The translations under genes and the position numbers were made by a program. Under the pieces are notes generated by a model. The model was not told the origin of the DNA. It saw only the letters and a program-made list of their open reading frames with translations, and made no database searches. Shown in pieces: positions 59,801 through 64,000 of a stretch of DNA of 64,000 nucleotides (the stretch's first letter is position 1; each line of letters opens with the position of its first letter). This DNA is from Monocercomonoides exilis PA203 (taxonomy: Eukaryota > Protista > Preaxostyla). Where the stretch lies: NCBI GenBank assembly GCA_001643675.2, contig LSRY02000051.1, forward strand, positions 372,001 through 436,000, in the 5' to 3' direction.

Positions 59801-59949
59801 TTATCTTTTTCTTGAGCAAATAAATATGGAATTTTTGAATCTCTATAATATGCGTCACGTGAAAAATCAACATTCGAATTGCATTGTGCTTCTGATATAA
59901 TTGAAACAAATAATAGGTGAGTAACTACAATTACGAACTTTCTCATCAT
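50869..59949 (-). CDS. Giant intronless type-I membrane protein: signal peptide, repeated pectin-lyase-like beta-helix modules, TM helix, cytoplasmic pseudokinase
   Basis: ~3030-aa ORF with likely start MMRKFVIVV at 59949. GGAI/GGSI/GGGL motifs; five CGxxxxPCx[TS] modules; TM YWPLIVIIMAIILLIVLIVSVILAV. Kinase C-lobe motifs SLRWMAPEL, AFSIGMMLWEC..IPF, GERP, RPT; no HRD or DFG. Confidence 0.88.
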   Translation of the reverse strand: MMRKFVIVVTHLLFVSIISEAQCNSNVDFSRDAYYRDSKIPYLFAQEKDNLSFCLNPFKYQGMKNSLNYLCGKKLIAKNASSNYGTTWEASCKSANVTLNIDLISIFKRKNEVCFSIGEQTEMSAISCSLYLFVTSEINFFILSDGKLNLHNISLKVSHEKSMFSSLILMNSENSFLKGGYICVSNSIFEGYEVSSNPFLLSSTLSSIAIHHTSFYNFTSRENLCSGQQTFSQNCVNIRGCLFSSVSDAIYGRIAPSLNLQSIFSTSNSSFCSCSTSDNGDIAGNKEMQRIEVNETSSFTDCEWKNANHSSINSAGVVLRGEGNSVTILRCSFAYLDSYYHTCVDSQNTAFTNVTDSNSSSCHAVHNTPAILIYKITMGYYVKGCRFEKCSSSTIYAGAIRCEPTTITSEEIIQDNYFESNEAATFGGGTYIPTSTNHLIISNNLYVRNKAHGTQTNDGGGGIIIFSQPWMSSESNRVFIYFCFFCENLADNLRGNDCYFTGNSLVQSPFESSFSTTDSNRIFYNNQLTEYDNWLATWKGTIRFVSSLGTDISPVCGLIESNPCTTLESAVNHTLPLNNWKVKLIDSLLITRGVNIGDYHLNICGSEETSSVVQTSFLNQKETCLFCVSMGVLSISNFDIVHNSIDPNNRDSRLFEISGAGGMSISRLNIFFGSGQSAETAFITELINVQNGMFQMEHVNWAKTISTVSLFSLSSTNEIALTLSECSFDGIERTTSGAAVMSFLNDKANIDVNSSTFEGCGSSSSENGGSIMLCVGNENEVKLKGGSFDGCFCSATYGFGGGILLRLLNENPNFLISSSFSTNTAKWGNDIFVISPNLEETAKSENIRCVTVSLDSVDRVRGYDNGNTGVAIPLCIYLLPTPEEISVSNVEASDHSHCGIVQFPCLTMKHSLKRQTGTKKVVVNGMIMMSDELAFGEQKHEIQGKDGQSGWTVSDSNSTSNSAMISASAETELSKLIFSLPSSLPLRSTFISSSSSISLIQCSLSLQNPSSELSLQFLSIDSGILIIDMFSASSMILSGYPFISLFGDNTEAKLKSIQLNGIGTSYASGFIEVKNKASLQMSDSDVSSIATSEGIASSRLISSTSAKKIEIIRTDISNFAVKEENGGAIECTLESGCSFVFEEGSMSLCKSERGNGGGLWMNMKSGSSFSVGNITEDPPNNGNVGEQGTKVGFSECEATANADGKKGMGGAIYFVLDDKASDFILNSIQFNGCKGRKGKDVFLDADDLSAVIDSAIFGFGVNLNELEKLNGFERSTANDEFEIPLVVYLWNNFTAPCHVGGQEAHDFSGCGFEQVPCITITKAASLRFSGKNKSIKLNSPFSFGEELKMDSNEWSVSGEGNTSNHEIGAGISGSQRGVFETRCPTTFGKVVFSVAERIRSYESIFHCISNKVIIQDCGIIASENSLDISFVKIEEGEVMISNVFGIGIKWQTSAIICDGNSGGLSSVEIVESNFSGSGEQNECLVECCNEQKLNITKCQMKSFARTSGNAGCLNIDNNQDERTNTQINIEECIFDGCSVYEKGSRGGAINVQLKGNTHLDIISCTFTGCTTPAEEEKTGFGGGMAMKVVDDEISFVISSPVFEAGKPNVARYGNDLFVESSNLTKSITNDSLPFVSDHLADLSFDSMRGFDGSDTTNAIPLVYFWLTFCSEVFICSEGRDMGACGYSDYPCLSIDYSLTRLSEGNERNVNIIGKGYLQKSVDVSGISVKSDNSSMCSLESASSLEGAEGAALKIQGNTNFELINFVIPSSFMSGVNYLIYVGSNDGLLTAKDCSFSKNEESRREIMNYGLIKAEGGTIVLEFVKVQSLSFSKDIVSVLSSTILKIKNLTMKDVQLDGTSGLSISKSSRRETNEVEQDVVIEWSIFEEVTQNTTDDIPIIRNDNDDEPLKMVIRNTTMKRCGGLKCGKGGGMFYVLNEGGSFDCSFCTISECFCSTIGRGGWLFLECTSTDEKPLNFMLSNITFKDNSALRGRDVYIRCNSVDTQIVDEQFLLDFRTPFVKERAIWGCTTDSFVGEEDLLLKVVKYQSETIFVSSATGNHGDSKQCGEFSMPCNSLNMGVQHVIPSLFSQLLILGQTVIIGKCDVHDVIIRSLQSPSAALVHLNSTITNDGSLITTSENVRIERLKFSFDLLFSYSGISIIHEASGQLSLSSVDFSSVGQSDNIESIVLNLSLLSVENGIFHIDNCSVSFLSFKKPSFLLNCDEINITNVKLEQIESTTDVFEIGDCGSVVFYGVSADGVKLSEGCIIAINDLSSGTVSIGISSFNNCSRNSKGASVLSASSTSAQVILSNCSCSNCDSLSVKGSIMEISNAKDVSMQTCEFEGILSKVSESERNNNFEEICKWNGSLVHSANSSLVMKDVIISNSSSGGFSVSAGDVTIEKGEFLNNNPFIEKYPSFRRNVICSDSASLIISSLKGGDGLNDNSSLWILNDGCTLEGFAGERPSPFFIPKLEDVSVNENESNVVVKFKGSLFVPCDLSFRLIFKTGDVELAETYRFEEDSFVSETEVIGRISSENITAIADETEVTVMILFGKQLAETSPQILKNKTEPKTGNEKVVEGGKEGKSYWPLIVIIMAIILLIVLIVSVILAVRWRKSERRTEELEEIVNDTVKKDPKAFEMVTMEVSPEEQWRRAEREAEKKNEERIKKRVYEKSLGHSESSEHLLSESGSTEYILGKDSDKIPDWTLEKEEEEEVRKRTPSPSISSTSTTDSDSTFVRGEDLCPTTSSMSNLVDAMACSSPHEKLIVDLRDSLFMLLHGSNKTKEMPIGSLKEREQTAAQILFWVANLALHSFDEMENKLQSLSSLSPHIVLFSEHMVICIVMHSDFLSSDDSDSSSISSLTVVTSASDDDDVSLPSSAFEDDDDIRKESLRWMAPELLMNRKMGATKESVAFSIGMMLWECVTLEIPFGEYEGVVAGQKIVNGERPNFERISTSSLQYVTKCCLSGCASQRPTLALLKRELIQRFPPGAAVLTMTDAVECYSGCCGESERPRDSESRSEQENMSFL

Positions 59950-60357
59950 TTCAAATATTATTGTGGGAAATTTTCTGATATCTGCCTTTCCGAAAAATAT
60001 CACACCAATAGCAATTCAAAATAAAAAATTTTGCATTGGTCAAAAATTCGTTTTCAACGAACAAAAATTATTGAAATTTTAAACAAAGTTCAACAGATTC
60101 AATGTTTTGGTGAAAATAATGATTTTTTTCAATCAAATAAGCTTTTTTTTATTGCATTCTTTCATGATTATTTCTGAAAAATTAAATTTGAGAACATGAA
60201 TAACCCTTTTGAATCATTGGAGGTGCATCAGTTTTGAATGAACTTTTCTTTTATTTATCGAATATTGAAGGGCTAGTATTCTATCTTGTTTCTACAATTT
60301 GTTCAAATAAATTTCAGTATTTATTTGAGATGAGGGAAAAAGAAAAGATCATTCTTA

Positions 60358-61357
60358 GGGTGATTTATAAACCCGAACATTTTTATAAACCCGGTTATTT
60401 TTTTTGTTTGTTGAAACAGAATAAATAGATTATAAAAATTAAAAAGGCAAACATTTATTTATATATTTAACTATTTTATGACGGCACTAAAATTTTTTTG
60501 TTTCAATTTTAGTTTTTGATGAAGATCAAAGGAATTTTTAATTTATTTTCGATCATTTGTTTTGCTTGTTTTTAACCAACTCTCTTTCTTTGTTTATTTT
60601 TAATTACAATATCATAAAATATGCATACTGACCTTTAATAATTCCAAATGTTCTATGTTTTTATCTTTTTTTTCGAATGTTTTTCACATTTCATCATTTT
60701 TGTCAAAAAATATGAATAAACGAAAATTATGAACTGTGCAATATTTTTTACATATAAAAAATGATGTGCGTGAAAAGAAAAATGTTTGCATAAAGCATTC
60801 ACCGAGTTAAAATTTTGTGAAATGTTGTTGTTTTCATTACACACATCAAATATTGAAAATGATAAAAATGTTCATTTTGTGTTCAATTAAATTTAAAATG
60901 ACTAATTATTAAGATTACCAATGCATTATTATCTTTTTTACACGACATAGTAATGAATAATCCTTTAAATAAAATATAAGCTCGGTAATTTTCATTTTTT
61001 CATATTTTTTGACAAAAATGATGAAATGTGAAAAACATTCGAAAAAAAAGATAAAAACATAGAACATTTGGAATTATTAAAGGTCAGTATGCATATTTTA
61101 TGATATTGTAATTAAAAATAAACAAAGAAAGAGAGTTGGTTAAAAACAAGCAAAACAAATGATCGAAAATAAATTAAAAATTCCTTTGATCTTCATCAAA
61201 AACTAAAATTGAAACAAAAAAATTTTAGTGCCGTCATAAAATAGTTAAATATATAAATAAATGTTTGCCTTTTAAATTTTTATAATCTATTTATTCTGTT
61301 TCAACAAACAAAAAAAATAACCGGGTTTATAAAAATGTTCGGGTTTATAAATCACCC
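60358..61357. mobile_element. 1000-bp foldback/MITE with ~359-bp near-perfect TIRs, flanked by TA
   Basis: 60358-60716 is the reverse complement of 60999-61357. Termini GGGTGATTTATAAACCCG...CGGGTTTATAAATCACCC; TA at 60356-57 and 61358-59; TTTATAAACCCG repeated twice at each end; non-coding 282-bp spacer. Confidence 0.92.
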
Positions 61358-62003
61358 TATATGGAGCAAAATATTTATTCTTATGAAAAATACAACTATT
61401 TGTTCTAAACTTATTCTTCATCGAATAATATTATGTCCGGCTTTCACATGCATAATAACGAAGAAAATATATATATATATATATATAATTTCTTTTAAAT
61501 ATCGTTACAAGGGATGTATGTTTTCATATGTTGTTCATTTATAAAAAAATCCCATTGAAATTAAAATTCTGATCAAAACTCGAACGAAAGCTTGATTTCA
61601 AAAAGGATCCCATATGCAATATCAGTTTATGATGAATTCCCTTTTTATATGTCAAGGGAAGAACTTTGTTGTTAAACAATAGGTGAAAAGCAGTCTGTTT
61701 GAATAGAAGAAAGATTAGATTTCAATAATTATATTATGTTCAAAAATCATAAAAGCTTTTCGATCTGGCGATGAAATAATCATATTTTTTGTTTGGTAAT
61801 GTGATGTGTCCAATAACTCAAACTGTGAAATGGACGCAAGCTCAAACACATACAAAAATGTTCAGAAATAAGAATAAATTATCACAAAATGCTGAACTCC
61901 ATTTTTACTCAAATTTATCTTCAAAATTGAAGAAAAGGAAATAATGATGCTTCTTTGAAAGATCAGATCGGCAAGATAAAAGTTATGATAATTTTGTCGA
62001 AGA

Positions 62004-64000
62004 TTACGAATTGGAAGTTGGAGCAAATGTGCGTAAAGATGAAGGCACAGATAATGTTGAAGAAAGAGGGTTTTGCTGACTAGCTAAAAGACGACTTGGT
62101 GTTCCAGCTGGAGATGATGCGGAAGCAGCAATAGAAATCAGTTGAGTTGTTTGCTGAGATGTTGTTTGTGACGAACTCGAAGAAGAAACAACTCCATCAT
62201 TAAGGGGTGCGCTTGCAGTAGCTGCGACAGGCGCAGTCGGGAAACATTGAAACGTTGGCACTGCGCTAACTGGTGAAGTGGATGGAGGAGAAGGAGAAGG
62301 AGAAGAAGGGGCGTAATTCAACGGGGATACTGATGGAGAAAACAATGAAATTGAAGGAAGCAGAGATGGCGAGTGCGATTGAGACTGATACTCATTTGAA
62401 GAAGAATTCACATAATTTGAAGGATAACCGCTTGTCCTTTGAACGGCAGGAATAAATGGAACAGCACCCGGCGAGAAATAAGTTTCCTCTGAGCCAATAG
62501 CAGTCGATGGCGAATGAATAGTAGACATTCCAGTCATCATGCTTGTCGAACTTCCATACTCAGCCCTATCTGTCAATGAAAAAGAATTATCATTGCTGTT
62601 GCTGCCGGGCTCCAGATAATCAGGCCCGTTCATCATTACTGAGGAAAACCGTTGATTGTACCCACCCTCATTTCCCTGTACATCATCATCTTCTTCTGTA
62701 CCATCATCCGCATTAAACGCGCCTATGTTAGACGGAAGCTGCGTTCGAGTCAAATAACGTCTCCGATAATTCGAGTGATATCCCAGATGATCTTGCTGGC
62801 GTTGGTCCCGTTGCTGCTGCTGCTGTGGAGCAACAATGCGAGATTGGAAGCGATGTCGCCGATCCTGCTGTGAAAGCTGATATCCTGCTGATCGAAATGC
62901 TCCAATTCCGTCGATGCCTACTCTCTGATCGTTCCCGTTCCCAATTGCGCGTCCAGCTCCTCCATCTCTGGGCATAAGCTCCTTTTCTAAATCAGGATCA
63001 TTCATTTCGTATTCGCCCAGGTTGCCTTCGTCGAACACTCTCCCGCTTCCCAATTGCATGTTTCCAACTCCTCCTTCTCCTCTTAAGCTCCTTTCCATTC
63101 CTTGTTCATCGCCAATCACAACCCCAAGATCTCCTTCTCCTTCTCCAAACCTATCCACATTTGCTGCCATTCCGCGACGACGAAGCCTCATCTTCCAATT
63201 CAAATCATCTGTTGAACTCATCGCTGGCTTGTCTATCGGGTTCATCTCCATCTCTCTATACAGATGTCCTCTGTTTCTCATGTTTTCCAGCAGATCTTGC
63301 TGAATAGATTCCAAATGGCTTGCTTCCGTGTTGTGAATGTTAGAAATTTCTCTTCTCTCGCTAGCAGATCCAATGCCCTCATCAACGCCAATCTCAACAG
63401 ATCTGATTGGCCTACCAAGCCTATCATACGTGACTTGTGTTCCAAATATTGAATCAACACCTCCGTAAGGTATGTTTCTTGAAGCTCCAATTAAAGATGA
63501 TGATACAACGGATTGTTGCATTGATGTCATCATTTGTTGTGCTTGAGATGTGGATGAGCCAGTAAGTGAAAAAGATGGTGAGTGAGACTGAGAAGAGTTC
63601 AATGTAGTTGGTGATGGAGAAGTGGAGTAAGTGGACGAAGATGTTATTCCAGCCGAAGCTGCTGATCCTACGTTCATTGAAGAAGAATCAGTGCTGGGAC
63701 GCATCCGCATCCCAAATCCCATCGGCATCCCCATTTGCATGCTCATCATACGCACAAAGCTGGGCTCGTTTGCATCTTCCCTCTCTTCTCTCGGAGGAGC
63801 AGGAAATTCCTCAAATCCTGGCTGTCGAAGCAGCTTTTCTCCACCTAGTCCAGCAATTTGATGGTTATACAGCTTCTCGTCCACCTGATTGTTGTACCAC
63901 TTTCTGACAATTTTGAAGAATAGCTCGCACGTCAGAAGTGAGTCGCTACCAGCCTGATGAGTGATCCCAACTCTCTCCACACTGTAATCGTTCGCCAGTG
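62004..64000 (-). CDS. CAF1: CCR4-NOT deadenylase subunit CAF1/POP2 (CNOT7/8-like), 3' part, with ~600-aa low-complexity C-terminal extension; starts outside the window
   Basis: LANDYSVERVGITHQAGSDSLLTCELFFKI is the CAF1 DEDDh ExoIII motif (RxGxxHQAGSDSLLT..FF). Confidence 0.88.
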   Translation of the reverse strand, partial: LANDYSVERVGITHQAGSDSLLTCELFFKIVRKWYNNQVDEKLYNHQIAGLGGEKLLRQPGFEEFPAPPREEREDANEPSFVRMMSMQMGMPMGFGMRMRPSTDSSSMNVGSAASAGITSSSTYSTSPSPTTLNSSQSHSPSFSLTGSSTSQAQQMMTSMQQSVVSSSLIGASRNIPYGGVDSIFGTQVTYDRLGRPIRSVEIGVDEGIGSASERREISNIHNTEASHLESIQQDLLENMRNRGHLYREMEMNPIDKPAMSSTDDLNWKMRLRRRGMAANVDRFGEGEGDLGVVIGDEQGMERSLRGEGGVGNMQLGSGRVFDEGNLGEYEMNDPDLEKELMPRDGGAGRAIGNGNDQRVGIDGIGAFRSAGYQLSQQDRRHRFQSRIVAPQQQQQRDQRQQDHLGYHSNYRRRYLTRTQLPSNIGAFNADDGTEEDDDVQGNEGGYNQRFSSVMMNGPDYLEPGSNSNDNSFSLTDRAEYGSSTSMMTGMSTIHSPSTAIGSEETYFSPGAVPFIPAVQRTSGYPSNYVNSSSNEYQSQSHSPSLLPSISLFSPSVSPLNYAPSSPSPSPPSTSPVSAVPTFQCFPTAPVAATASAPLNDGVVSSSSSSQTTSQQTTQLISIAASASSPAGTPSRLLASQQNPLSSTLSVPSSLRTFAPTSNS

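Overview
AT-rich eukaryotic protist DNA with short GT-AG spliceosomal introns and the standard genetic code: conserved genes end in TAA, TAG or TGA. Gene families and the poly-Ser low-complexity style suggest the oxymonad Monocercomonoides or a relative (inference). The left ~24 kb is an accessory, TE-rich zone. It holds the 5' end of an inverted near-identical casein kinase 1 duplicate, several MITE-like elements, a decayed hAT transposase and two large decayed genes. It also holds a striking cluster at 16.2-23.0 kb. There, two copies of a ~390-bp Merlin-type MITE (GGCA termini, 8-bp TSD) each carry a tRNA-like Pol III unit, and copy 1 clearly carries telomere-type CCCTAA motifs. The two copies bracket an intronless 1138-aa protein made of 37 shuffled ~30-aa Trp-rich repeats and a dead Merlin/ISXO2 transposase. 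The right ~40 kb holds VPS41, a DHHC palmitoyltransferase, a Kelch-BTB protein and casein kinase 1 (with a GC-AG intron). It continues with a tandem cathepsin-B-like pseudoprotease, a multicopy-family gene, a degenerate SNF2-helicase-like gene and a 3-kaa beta-helix receptor pseudokinase. It ends with a 1-kb foldback element and the 3' part of CAF1/POP2.
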